Positions 26,606-39,883 of a stretch of DNA of 64,000 nt are shown here, in pieces. The number at the start of each line of letters is the position of its first letter. Positions within the stretch are counted from its first letter, which is position 1. This DNA comes from Octopus vulgaris. Lineage: Eukaryota. The notes beneath the pieces are model-generated. The model was not told the origin of the DNA and did not search any database. It worked only from the letters and a program-made list of their open reading frames with translations. Both the position numbers and the translations under genes were made by a program. The DNA lies in contig OX597828.1 in the NCBI GenBank assembly GCA_951406725.2, positions 12,276,001 to 12,340,000 on the forward strand, in the 5' to 3' direction.

Positions 26606-26896
26606 GAAAGAAAAAGACAGATTGTGTTTAGACCTATGTTTAAAACTCTGTGTGTGTGTGTGTGTGTGTGTGCGTGCGTGTACTTACGTATAGTGAAGAA
26701 GTTCGCATAGCAACCATGGTATCCGAGTTACGAATCCTGCGCGTATCACTTTGCGAAAATTTTTCCTCATAGCCTTGCGCTAGCCCAAAATTTGTTCAGT
26801 TCAGAAAAGCTTTGTTCAAAGAACGAGCCGACCTTTTTATGATTATTTTACTGGCACCAGAGACTTATCCCTGGAATACTCACCAAATGAAAATTA

Positions 26897-27319
26897 GGAT
26901 CTTTTCGGTTTGAACGGCAGTATTTTAAAATAATTTCCACGTAACTAAACACTTTTAAACTTCGTATACTGGTAGAATGTGTTTATAAAACATCTTTTTC
27001 TCTTGGCTTTATTGAGAAAGTTCTATGGTTTGTAAGATATTTGTTGTTGTTTTTTTCTTCAATTTCTGCAATTTCAACCAGTCAATGACGTCTATTGAGG
27101 TGAAAACATTCTGTGACGTATGAATATGTCCCTCATTAAAGAAACAGATTGGGTTTATTTATATTTCTGAAGAAAAAAAGATAACCTCCCCCACCCCTAA
27201 CCCTAACTCTAAACCTAAAATAGATTGAAATGCAATAGATCGATACTAGGATCATAATTATGGGTGACAATTTCATATGACACCGCTAGAAAAAACTGCC
27301 GTTCAAACCGAAAAGATCC
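26897..27319. mobile_element. MITE, Merlin-like (GG termini, 8-bp TSD)
   Basis: TIR ggatcttttcggtttgaacggcagt / actgccgttcaaaccgaaaagatcc; TSD gaaaatta on both sides. Confidence 0.85.
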
Positions 27320-27399
27320 GAAAATTATTCAATGCGAGTTGCGCTTGTGCAGATAGATAGATAGAGAGAGAGGGGGGGATAGACACACAAACATACATA

Positions 27400-27778
27400 C
27401 AAATACCATTACCCCTTTACCTCTTACAGTTATTAAACTGCGGCCATGCTGGGGTACTGCCTTGAAGGGTTTTACTCGAACGAATAAACCCAAGTACTTT
27501 TTTTTTAACCTAACACTAATTCTATCAGCCTTTGATCGAACCGCTAAGTTACGGGGATATACACATAACAACACCGGTTGTCAAGCGGTGTGAGGGGACA
27601 AACACACACACACATACGCATACACATATATATATGTGGCTTCTTTTAGCTTGCGTCTAAAGGCTTTAGTAGGTCCGAAGCTATAATAGAAGTCAATTGC
27701 CCAAGGTGACACTCAGTAGGATTGAACCCAGAATCATGAGATTGGGAAGCAAACTTCTTACTACATAACTATGCCTAT
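27400..27778 (-). mobile_element. SINE family A (diverged)
   Basis: Homology to 14316-14713. Confidence 0.75.
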
Positions 27779-27785
27779 ATATATC

Positions 27786-27832
<47 letters not shown>

Positions 27833-28639
27833 GTATATATATTGCTATTGATATTCATATGTATGTATATATAGTGATCACACATATACATACGCGCGCG
27901 TGCAGAAATACGCACACATATGCACACATACATACAGGTCTTGTCACACATCGCGTCATGTTTAAGTCTACTCCGAATAATACGTTAAGAGTACAAGTGG
28001 TTGCAGAATACTCTTTATCTTGCTTTTCTATCTATTTTCTTCGTCCTCATTCCTCACCCCCTACTTCCTCCGTCTCTTTTGTCTGTTTACATTACTCTCT
28101 TTCTTCTCTACCCTCCCATCTCCTATTTCCTAATCTAACTCTTGCACTTTTCTTTATGTACACATCTCTTATTCTTATTTCTTTCCTTCTGTATTTCCAA
28201 CAATCTGTTCAAGTTCCATTTCTCTTAAATCCTATTTTATTCCAATTCTCCTTCCTCCTAAACCGTCCTCCGCACATTTATCGCCCTCACCCTACCCCAC
28301 AGTATTTCACTATTACATCAATATTTTTCCTACTAGGACAGTCACACGGCTAACTTTAAAGTAATTATGTCTGAATGAAACCGCAATTAATTATACATAT
28401 AACATTTAAGTACATAGATGCACGTATAATCTCACAGCTGGCACGCTGAGATAGTCCCTTCATTGGTAAGTGAATGGAGATCAGAATGTTTCCGATCTTC
28501 TCTGACAGCTTGATCTCTTCGCCAGTGAATGTCCAGGTTGATTTGCCACGTAGCATAGGAGACGGAGATTCTTCCCGTCGTTTGTATAATCTCGTTAAGA
28601 AACCAGTAACATTCCAACCATCCTTTTGTTTAACTATCT

Positions 28640-28985
28640 GTCTTCTTTGTTCTTGATTCTTTCACTGGACTACGGCAAGGCTGGGGCATCGCTTTGAAGG
28701 GTCTTAGTCGAACGAATTGACCCCAGCGTTTATCAATTTTAAAGCCAGTTACTTTATTATATATCGGGCGCTTTTGCCCTATTGCTAAGTCATGAAGCCT
28801 TAAAGAAACCAAAACAGGTTGTCAAGCAGTGGTGGTGTACAAACGCGTGCAGACGCATACGCACATACGTATGTCCGAAAGGCTTCTTTCAGTTTCCGTC
28901 TACCAAATTCACTCACAAGTTTTCTGTCGGCCTGAAGCTATAGTGTAGACATTTTCCCAATGTATCACGCAGTGGGACTGAATCC
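28640..28985 (-). mobile_element. SINE family A (diverged)
   Basis: Homology to 14316-14713. Confidence 0.7.
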
Positions 28986-30906
28986 TACTAGCTCAAAATT
29001 CTTTCTTCACTCTCAGCTTTGATCTTTTCTCACATACAGGAATCTAGCGAAATCGTTAGAGAGTCGAACAAAATGTCTAGCTGTCTCTTTGAGTTAAAAT
29101 CCCGTAGACGTCAACTTTGCCTTACATCTTTCCAGTTTCGTTAAATGATATACCAGTCTAAGGCAGTCGTTTGGCAGAATGGTTAGAACATCAGACGTGA
29201 TGCTACGTGATATTTGTTCCGACTCCTAACGTTTTGCGTTCAAATACCGCCTTGGCCGTTTTGGGCAGTTAAATAAACCCGAACCAGTCAGTTCTTGCGA
29301 CACCTCTGCCTAATCCTTAATGCATTTAGTGGAGCCCGCACCGTTGCTATTATTCGAGTCAAGCTTCCAGATGTAAGAGATCTCCCTCCTCCTTACCTAT
29401 GAAATATCGTGAACATTGCCATTTCCCACTGACTAAATGATATTTCCGATGAAGCATTATCTGTTTCCCTCATCAGATTACAAACCCCTGCTTTTCTATG
29501 AACCAAGCTATGGACCCAAGACTTCGCACTTCCTACTGCCTCATTAACAACGTAGATAAAATTTCAATAATAAAATTTATCACATTAAATAAAAGATATA
29601 ACAGTAAAAACGTTTTGTTATTGTAATTAAATTAAATCGAAGGCGAATGGCCAGGTAGTGAAGCTGCTAAACTCACAATCATAATGTCTTGGGTTCGAGT
29701 GCCGGACCTGGATGTGTATTGTTTTCTTTGAGTAAAGCACTTTATTTCACGTTACTTCAATCCACTCGACTGAAAATGTGTTTCATCTACTGCAGCAGTG
29801 TCTTGTAGATTATTATCTCAAAATCTTGCAGCTGTGAAGATGTCAACGGCACTTGAAAGCAACGACACACCAGTGTATGTGTGAAAAATAAATATACCTT
29901 TCTCTCGTTATGTACCTTTACTTTGTAAGCTGAAATCCTACAACTCCGTAGCTGACTTTGCCTGGCATCCTTCTGAGGTCGATAAAATAATTAGCCTTCA
30001 AGATCTGACAGTCGGTCTGATCGATTTTTCCATCTCCCCTTGCACCAAAGTGAGAAACCATTAGGAGTGTTATTACAGTAGTTTGATATTTCCGAACTGC
30101 TCTTATATCTATTATTTCTTCGCTGATCTTACAACACGGACAGCAATCTACTTTTCGTACTGTTTACATATATAGACAGAGCATCTGAATTGAAATGAAT
30201 TGAATTAAACCTTTCTGTCTCATAGCTCTCTGCTAATTTTTCTCCCGTCGTCGACAAGTAATCGATAAACAAAATTTACACAACAAAGTAGAATCCACCA
30301 TGAATCATTAGCGAGAGTTTTGACTGGTCACCAACGTGAATATATTTCATTAAATGCAAAACTCATTCCTTTAGAAATGAAATTACACTCATAGCTTTGT
30401 TGCTCTGCTATTCGATTCTATTTGATGATACTCAATTCCCAAACCATAAATTGTGTTTCAATAATAGATTAGCTCCCGCAATGGTAAAAAGCCATATCCG
30501 AGATGCTTCTGTAAAAATTCACTGATGTTGTGAAATCGAGTAATGCCCAAAATTTCATACTTAGCCTAAGATCACACAGAGAATCAGATTACAAAGAGTG
30601 GGGTATTGACACTGGTTTGGTTTCATATAACATTAATTTTTACATTAGCACAAAACATAAATTTGTAGGAAAGGAGAATGTCTATTCAATCAACCCTAGA
30701 ACGTAACGGGTATTTAGTTTTATCGGAGGATGAAAGATGAAATGTAAATCTGACAGCCTTTTACACAGAATCCAGAAGCACAGCGTATGTTATGACTTCG
30801 CACCAATGACGCCATTAGTTCAAGGCAAAGACTATGATAGAGTGGGTCTGCAAACAATGCTTAGAATCCTGATACATTTATTTTATCATAGTCAATTAAG
30901 AAACTG

Positions 30907-31200
30907 TGGAGGCGCAATGGCCTAGTGGTTAGGGCAGCGGACTCGCGGTTTCGATTCCCTGACCGGGCGTTGTGTGTGTTTATTGAGTGAAAACACATAA
31001 AGCTTCACGAGGCTTCAGCAGGGAGTGGTGGTGACCCCTGTTGTACTCTTTCCCTTCAACTTTCTCTCACTCTCTGTTCCTGTTTTTTGAGTAACGCTGC
31101 GATGGACTGGCGTCCCGTCCAGCTGGGGGGGGGGCACATACGCCACAGAAACCGAGAAACCGGGCCCATGAGCCTAGCTAGGCTTGAAAAGGGTAGATAA
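30907..31200 (+). mobile_element. tRNA-derived SINE with OR1-type head and OR2-type tail
   Basis: Head as in 33546; tail gactggcgtcccgtccagctgggg...gaaaccgggcccatgagcc. A second copy lies at 60440-60702 on the minus strand. Confidence 0.8.
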
Positions 31201-31269
31201 ATAAATAAATAAATAAATAAATAGATAGATAATAATTTAGAAATTATGTTTACTATTTATTTAATAAAG

Positions 31270-33130
31270 AAGGCAGTGAGCTGGCAGAATTGTTAGCACG
31301 CCAGACAATGTATTTCGCAGCATTTTGTCCCTCTCAACGTTTTGAGCTAGAATTCCGCCATGGCCGACTTTGCATATCGTCCTTTTGGTAATGATAAAAT
31401 ACGTACCAGTTAAGCACAGGGGTCAAAGTAATTGACTAGATCCGTTCCCCAAATTGCAGGGCTTGTGCCGATTATAGAAAGTATTAGTTAATTAATAAAG
31501 TGGCCAGCTGGCAGAATTGCTGCCGCACCAGACAAAATGCATAGCAGCAATTCTTCCGACTGTTTACGTTCGAGTTCAAATTGCGCCGACTTTGCTTTTC
31601 ATCTTTTCCGAGTCTATAAAATAAGTATCAGCTAAATACTGGCGTTGAGGGTATCGACAAACTCCTCCCCACTACAAAAATTTTCAGGTCTTGTACCAAG
31701 AGCAGACATGCTCATTTAATAAATAATAATCTAGTCATAGGTGGTGGATTGAAAATGGTTGGGTTCCTGCCAGTTGTAAGCAAGCTGCCATATACAACCC
31801 TCCGCCGCTTATATGCTATATTAAATATTTATTTCTTTATTGCCCACAAGGGGCTAAACACAGAGGCGACAAACAAGGACAAAAAAAGGGATTAAGTCGC
31901 TTACATCGACCCCAGTGCGTAACTGGTATTTAATTTATCGACCTCGAAAGGATGAAAGGCAAAGTCGACCTCGGCGGAATTTGAACTCAGAACGTAATGG
32001 CAGACGAAATACCTATTTCTTTACTACCCACAAGGGGCTAAACACAGAGGAGATAAACAAGGACAGATTAATGGATTAAGTCGATTATATAGACCCCAGT
32101 GCGTAACTGGTACTTAAATTATCAACCCCGAAAGGATGAAAGGCAAAGCAGACCTCGGCGGAATATGAACTCAGAACGTAGCGGCAGACGAAATACGGCT
32201 ACGCATTTCGCCTGGCGTGCTAACGTTTCTGTCAGCTCGCCGACTTCAGGTTTTATTAAATATTGATTGTAACATAGGCAAAACAATGCACTTTTGGGTT
32301 AGGAACCCGTCAACCCAGAATTTGAGTGCCTCTTTAAATGTCAACCCTAAGAATCACAGAAGACTGAAACATAAAGTTAACTTCCGTGGCCTGTTTTTCC
32401 CTATGCTGTTTTATTTAGTATTGGTTTCAAATTTTCAGCACGAGGTCTGCCATTTATATACCAGGGGGGTATATAAATCGATTACTTCGATCCCAGTGCT
32501 CAACCGGTACTTATTTTATCGGCCTCGAAAAGAATGAAAGGCGAAGTCGACCTCGGCGGAATTTGAATGCGGAACATACAGGCAGACGAACTGCTGTTAA
32601 GCATTTTTCCTGGCAAAGCTAATGACTCTTCCAGCTGGCTGCCTTTGTTTTATATATAAAGATTAGCATTTTAAATAAGGCTCCGTGTTGGGAGAATCAT
32701 TGGCACGCTGGCTAAAATGCTCAACAGCATTTCGCCCGTCTTTACATTCAGAGTTCAAGTCCTGCCGTGGTCGACTTTGCCTTTCATTTCTTCAGGGTCG
32801 ATAATATAAGCACCAGTTGAATACTAGGGTCAATATATATTTCTTTACTACCCACAAGGAGCTAAACATAGCGGGGACAAACAAGGACAGACAAACAGAT
32901 TAAGCCGATTACATCGACCCCAGTGCGAAACTGGTACTTTATTTACCGACCCCGAAAGGATGAAAGGCAAAGTCGGCCTCTGCGTAATTTGAACTCAGAA
33001 CGTAACGACAGACGAAATACGGCTACGCATTTAGTCCGGCGTGCTAACGTTTCTGCCAGCTCGCCGCCTAGGGTCAATATAATTGACTAATCCCTCCCCC
33101 GAAATTGTTGGCCTTGTGCCAAAATTTGAA
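31270..33130. mobile_element. cluster of family C and related older SINE copies on both strands
   Basis: Repeated ggcgagctggcagaa...gagttcaaattccgccgaggtcgactttgcc cores; dimer at 31828-32244. Confidence 0.75.
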
Positions 33131-33171
33131 ATCAATGTTTAGTATGTTAAATAAAACTGTATCAAATATTA

Positions 33172-33474
33172 CTGTTTGTTCCTTCTCGAGCCACGCCTGG
33201 CGCATAGGGCCGGTTTCCCGGTTTCCTTGGCGTATAGATTCCCCACCTGGACGGGACGCCCATCCGTCGCAGGTGAGCTGCAAGATGCAGGAGGAAAGAG
33301 TGAGAGAAAGTTGTGGCGAAAGAGTCAACAGAAGATCGCCATTACCTTCTGCCGGAGCCGCGTCGAGCTTAAGTGTTTCACTCATAAACGCACACATCGC
33401 CCGGTCTGAGATTTGAACCCGCCATCCCTCGACTGCGAGTCCGCTGCTCTAACCATTAAGCCATGTGCCTCCAC
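33172..33474 (-). mobile_element. SINE, OR2-like
   Basis: Minus-strand head GGAGGCACATGGC...GGTTAGAGCAGCGGACTCG. Confidence 0.85.
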
Positions 33475-33545
33475 ATAGTTAAATATGGTGGGATTAAAAC
33501 TTGTGACTAATTGCATTCTATCATTGTAGGACCTTATCAACGAAA

Positions 33546-33932
33546 GTGGAGGCGCAATGGCCCAGTGGTTAGGGCAGCGGACTCGCGGTCGTAGGATCGC
33601 GGTTTCGATTCCCAGACCGGGCGTTGTGAGTGTTTATTGATCGAAAACACCTAAAGCTCCACGAGGCTCCGGCAAGGATGGCGGTGATCCCTGCTGTACT
33701 TTTTCACCACAACTTTCTCTCACTCTTACTTCCTGTTTCTGTTGTACCTGTATTTCAAAAGGGCCGGCCTTGTCACTCTCTGTGTCACGCTGAATATCCC
33801 CGAGAACTACGTTAAGGGTACACGTGTCTGTGGAGTGCTCAGCCACTTACACGTTAATTTCACGAGCAGGCTGTTCCGTTGATCGGATCAACCGGAACCC
33901 TCGTCGTCGTAACCGTCGGATTGCTTCCATCA
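33546..33932 (+). mobile_element. SINE, OR1-like, full length
   Basis: tRNA-like head; TSD tatcaacgaaa at 33535-33545 and 33933-33943. Confidence 0.9.
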
Positions 33933-34734
33933 TATCAACGAAAATATTATCGACAGTAAAGTAAGAACACGCCAAGGAGAGCGCTGTCTTCTTCCTCGCC
34001 CTAGTAAATAGGTAAAACCGTTTGAACTGATTACTTCAAGTTTAAGAATCATTCATCATTTTTTGAAATACTTTCGATGCATACAACGGTGATGTTTTAT
34101 TTCCAACTGACATTTACAGCTAAATTTACAGAGTGGGTTTTGGTCTGCCTTGTGCGGTAATCAGATTTGCCAACCACTCGTTTCCTTAATTATAACATAC
34201 GTTCAAACAGACCTCAACAAGCAAGAGTATATAAAGTGGCCACAATGTGCGGTTCTCTCTCTACGCAGCCAACCCCGTGCACACACGCATACGCACTCAC
34301 ATGCGCGCTTACATCCAACGTTACGCCATTGAAATGAACCTAGGCACTAAATCTATACTGTTTAGCTTATAAACAAAGTGCAACTCCAATAACAAAATTC
34401 TAAATCATAGAACCTTTCGTTTCTTATCCAACATCTGATCAACTCGGTTATTTGCGACACTGTTTAAATTTAATATTTTAGATAATAGCGTTACGCTACT
34501 CACGTCGTTATTGTTTTCACTGCCTCAAGTATTAATCATATGAGTCTCTCCTTTACTCCTATAAGTGGAAAGTAAAGCCGCACCCATGATGTGAAACATG
34601 TGAACGTAACGATGAGGAGTAGGAAGATAATAGTTGAAATATCAAAATACGTAGCAGGGTTTAAGAAAAGGGTTTAAGTGAATACGTTTGTAACTAATAC
34701 CACATGATGGAAAACGAATAGTTAATAATAGAGA

Positions 34735-34790
<56 letters not shown>

Positions 34791-34818
34791 TCTTAGCATT
34801 TTCTATTTTTGACTTGTT

Positions 34819-34860
<42 letters not shown>

Positions 34861-36439
34861 CAACGCCAAGCTAAAATTACTGTTGCTTTTAACCATTCAT
34901 TCCAAGTCTAATTTTGGCGTAATGAGGATAATATTACTAGAGACCAGGATTACATTATGAAAGTTCTGTTGCAGCCCTGACTCTTATGAAAATGTAAGTT
35001 AAGCACTGCAAACTAACATAGCATTTGTTAATTATATATTAATGCTGCAGAGAACTTTGTAATTGCAAGAGATTCGTTCCTAAAGATTTGTTTCGCCAAA
35101 CCGGATTCGTGTCTCGGTTCTATTCGGTTTTCATCTAATAGAACATTAGATTCGTTTGTTTTGCTTTAGTAGAACACCACTTATTCTTATTTCATAAACT
35201 TCACTAGTCGTGGTTAAATTTCAAATAGCTAAGTTTAGTTCTATATATTGTAGAATTAGTCTGTGGAAGTGAAAAGTGAAAGAATTTATCACGTTTTTAA
35301 ATCGATTTCTTCCTCAGAATATTCGTTTTCAACATGCTCACCATTCATCACACAGAAAGCGTGAAGCAGTTTTGATGTTCTCGAAATACGTTTTACAGCC
35401 GACGTTCAAATATATTCTGAATTCTGTCAGTTACCCTAACACATAAGTTGTATATCGAACGAAATTTAGGTGATTAATTAATAGTCTTTACATATCCTCT
35501 TAAAATAAAGTTGAAGTAATTACTTCCTTAATAAATAATAAACAGGTGCAATACATTTTAGCGGTTTTGATACAATAAATGCATAAAGATACAAAATATT
35601 CTTCGCAGGTTTCTTCTATCATATGAGTTATCTTGGCCCCTCGTCATTGAAATGGAATCACAGGGGCAAAGTCGAAACATACAGTAATTTTTTTATCAGA
35701 TTTGAATACAACCAATTTATTTCAGAAAGACAGACAGACAGAAGAATCGACCTTGAATAAGACTATTTTAATTATCAACCCCAAGTGGATGGTAGGCATC
35801 CCAGTGGTGTCTGGACCCAGAAAGTCGGAAAGATCACCACAAGGCAATCTGTCCGATACTCTAAGAGCGGCAGTGTCATTGCTCTACAGGCCCGGGTGAC
35901 GGTACTTACGTGCCTGTGTAAATGCTCTCAGAAACTTATCCACGGGCGCCGGCACGAAAATCCTTCGGAATACACTAGACAATTGATTTTCCTCATCGCC
36001 CAAGTTCTTCCCCAAGAACATCGTCGACCTTGCTCTCCACTAACTAAACCGGTTGTCAAGCAGTGGTGGTGTACAAACACGCGCACACGCATACGCACAT
36101 ATTTATATCCGAAAGGTTTCTTTCAGTTTCCGTCTCCCAAATTTACTCACAAGATTTCGGTCGGCCTGAGGCTATAGTTTAGACATTTTCCCAATGTGTC
36201 ACGCAATGAGACTGAACCCAGAAACATGTGGTTGAGTAGCAAATTTATTACCTCAAAGCTTACTAGCTCAAAATTCCTTCTTCATTCTCAGCTTTCATCT
36301 TTTAAATAATGATAAAACGCCAAAATAGAAATTTACCCGACGACATTGTTCGACCGGCAGTGGACTGTAAGTGCTGAATGAGATGCTAGATGTAGTAGGT
36401 ATTCTACCTCAATCTATGATTTATTCAAGGCTGCAGCGC

Positions 36440-37700
36440 TATCAATGAGACGAGCTGAGGAAAAGTACATCTGACAAATGGTGGCCACATTTCACCGCTA
36501 TGAATTGCCGGAAATATTTCAGCCTCAGCGAATGTCTGCGCACCCTTAGCCATAGTATATTCACGTCCTCTTTACAGCGGAAGTTAAAAACAAATCACGC
36601 TTCTGAGCAGTGGAACGCATCCTTTCTACAGAAAGCTGAAGAGTAGGCGCTTTTGTTAAGTAAGACGTAATGGGCACGAAGCTCAGGCGATAATATTTGA
36701 TGGAAGTGATGCAAACGTTCGCAACTTTGCCTAACACTTTAGGGATACTTTCTTTCGGCCTATTTTTGGATGACAGTAGCTACTCCGCTTGTTACCTCAT
36801 CCTAGGTCTTTTCCACTTGGATATATGAACCGTTCCAGTCACTGGGCAATTTAACCCGTCTTTCCAGCGTTCCATGTCGTTATTGGACGGCGTAGACTTA
36901 TCCTAGCTGCAGGCTCACTTACTTTTCTTGTTTGTTTGTCACAGCTTCCTAATTACTTAAAGCATTACCGCTCACCTCGATGTACCTGGAACCTGACACT
37001 ATGACGATGAAGTCGTCCGCGTATGATGACGCTGATCTTCCTCATCCTAGTTCTCGTAAGATGCTCCTCAAAGTCTCTAGTTTTTGAAGTAGTGGCTCAA
37101 ATGTCATTACATACCAAAGAGACGACAGAGGTCTTGACAGACCGAGCGCATGAGGCTGTGTGGTTGTATATTGTTGTGATCTAAATGCAGATGTGACTGA
37201 AGCTGTCTGGCGTAAAAAAAACTGCTAAGTATTGGTAGTCGACTCTATCGAAAGCATTAGGTTAATCTAAGATGACCAGAGTTCTGCCCCATTCCACATT
37301 CCTTGCCAACTTTCTCTATGATGTATCGTATGAGGTGGACATTGTCGTGAATAAAACTGTTGGGGATGGTGGCGCATGTTAGCGTACCTCCGTCACAAGA
37401 TCGACGAAAGCAGTGCGCAAAGCAATGAAACAAATATCAAATGGAACCCCCGTTTGATGGTCTAACGATTCTGTTACTCAACCACAATAGACAGGTTTGA
37501 CCTCTTGGCTAACACCATGACCAACATTATGAAATCTGCGCTTAGAAGAGCTACGATCCGGAAATTATCATTTGATCCCCTGGTTTGGGTCTTTTCTCAG
37601 TATCGCCACCGCTCCTCGATTCACAGAACAGAGATTAGTCCCAGTCTGCTGCCAGTTGCAGTAGATATCAGCCAAAACTTTCCCTACAAATCTAACACAT
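36440..37700 (-). pseudogene. decayed L1/Tx1-type reverse transcriptase
   Basis: Minus-strand translation gives NVHLIRYIIEKVG, AFDRVDYQYLA, PLSSLWYVMTFEPLLQKL and SYADDFIVIV (YADD at 37012-37023), with many stops and frameshifts. Confidence 0.75.
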
Positions 37701-37959
37701 AAAAATAATGCTAGTAGGGCATTCATCTCTAAGGTATGTTTGTTTTCGACGAACGTAGCAACTAGATTGTATCATTAATGTATCATTTATGCCATACACT
37801 TTATCTCGGTACCTTCTGCTTGGAACAGTTACTGTATAGCTCTGTAGCCTTTGGGTGTCATTAGGACTTATAAATCCATTTTGATACCCCTTGACCATAT
37901 GTTACCTAGTCCTAACCTGCTTTGTCTACTAATCCATATTGCGATAGGTATATAAGTAG

Positions 37960-38345
37960 TGGCAAGAAAAAATGCTTTCTAATTGATGTATCAATACCAG
38001 CAGATGACAACGTGTCTCTAAAAGAAATGGAGAAACTTTCAAAATACAAAGATCTGGAAATAGAGGTAACTCGAATGTGGAATCTAAAAACAGAAACAAT
38101 TCCTATCATAGTGGACTCATTAGGTATGATAAATAAATATTCAGACAAATTTATAACAAAAACATCAGCGCTTACAAATATATATAACATACAGAAAATT
38201 GCACTACTGGGTACTGCACACATCCTACGCAGAACACTTTCAATACAGTAACCATCAGAGCATCACAACAAATCACAGAACATACCCAAGGCACACAGAG
38301 CTGCGCTCGGTAGTGAAGTGAAAGCACGCTATAAAAATAAAACTA

Positions 38346-38387
<42 letters not shown>
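37960..38387 (+). mobile_element. R4/Dong-type non-LTR 3' end with (TAA)n tail
   Basis: ORF 37922-38251 CFLIDVSIPADDNVSLKEMEKLSKYKDL...IQKIALLGTAHILRR is a REL endonuclease C-terminus, followed by a short 3' UTR and (TAA)n. Confidence 0.85.
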
Positions 38388-38389
<2 letters not shown>

Positions 38390-38554
38390 TATGTCTCAGT
38401 GGCAATATTGTCCGAATTCTCGTTGCCACTGATATGTCCCATGATGACGACGTATTTGGTCGTTTCTACAGGACTGGTCCGAATGGCGTTCCTTCGCCGA
38501 CCTAGTCTACTGATAGTTTATTAGTAATCGACCATCCTGAGGGCGTCCGCCACA

Positions 38555-39228
38555 ACAAATAATAATGTGGTATGAGCACAAACCGCAGAGAGTGGTGGAG
38601 TTGGAGAATAGCAAAATTCCCTGGGATTTCCCAATCGAAACAGATCAGGTGCTAGAGCATAACAGACCAGATTTAATGGCAGTTGACAAGGTGCACCGCA
38701 TATGCTATATAGTTGATGTTGCAATCCCCTTTGACCCACATATAGCCAAGAAGGGAGGCGAAAAGCTAGATGAGATCGACTTTGCCTTTCATCCTTTCGG
38801 GGTCGATAATTAAGCACTAGTTGCGCACTGGGGTCACTGTAATCGACTTAATCCGTTTGTCTGTCTTTGTTTGTCCCCTCTGTGTTTAGCCCCTTGTGGG
38901 TAGTAAAGAAAAAGAAAAGATAGATATAGGTACAACCCTCTTAAGTACGAAATAACCCGGCTATGGAAAATGAAGAAGGTGAAGATAGTGCCAATTATTG
39001 TTGGATCCTTGGGAACAGTATCAGAAGGCATCAAGAGGAATATAAAGGAAATTGGAATAGAGTGCCTAGTAGAACTGTGACAGAATGTTTGCCTCCTTGG
39101 CCCGGCCAGAATAATGAGGAAACTATTAGATAGCTGAAAACAGCGAATAGCATGGTACCCTAGGCTGCAGGTAGTAAGCCCGATATGCATGCAAGACGCC
39201 GGGAGCTCCAACAGACCTGTGATAAGGA

Positions 39229-39263
<35 letters not shown>
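38555..39263 (+). mobile_element. second R4/Dong-type 3' end, interrupted by a family C SINE (38772-38913)
   Basis: WYEHKP...WDFPIETDQVLEHNRPDLMAVDK...DVAIPFD resumes as LKYEITRLWKMKKVKIVPIIVGSLG. SINE TSD gaaaag(c/a)tagat; (TAA)n tail. Confidence 0.85.
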
Positions 39264-39265
<2 letters not shown>

Positions 39266-39833
39266 GAGTACCAGGCAGTGGCTCTCATGGCTGCTGATCT
39301 TAACTGATTGGAAGTGTTATCACGTACATTGTTTTGTCTTGGTATAAAAGATGGGCTACAGCAAATATTCTGCTCAATACCACAGATTTGCTTGTCAGTT
39401 GTTTGACCATAACCAGTTGACCATGTCCCTTAATGGCTGACGATATGTGCATCTCTGAACACAAGCGGAATTAGTGGGGGAGCATCATAGCCGTGTGTTG
39501 AAAGAATTCTTGGAGGTTTGGATAATTCACCTTTGGAAATATGGGTGGTTCGTTCAACATCCTTAATCCTTATTCAATGACCTTTTGAGAAGGATAGGCT
39601 ACTCGGCCAGAAGAAAATTCTAACTGGGCCCCACCTGCAAGGTCATGCGCTGTTTATCTTGATATGAGATCACGATGTCGTGCACATTTGGTTGTGATGC
39701 ATGCGCCTGGTGTACCCTTATCAGACGAGTAGTCAGGATGGGTATACTGGGCTTCGAATACTTTACCCCAGTGTCACTTTGATGGCATGCACTGCTCTCT
39801 CACTCAATAATAATAATAATAATAATAATAATG

Positions 39834-39882
<49 letters not shown>
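39264..39882 (+). mobile_element. non-coding insert bounded by (TAA)n on both sides (probable Dong-dependent non-autonomous element or 3' UTR)
   Basis: ~540 bp of non-microsatellite sequence followed by a long (TAA)n tail; no ORF of recognisable type. Confidence 0.5.

Positions 39883-39883
<1 letters not shown>

Noticed and set aside
33546-33625. tRNA gene
   Set aside because: The tRNA-like region is the head of a TSD-flanked, multi-copy SINE and has no complete acceptor stem.
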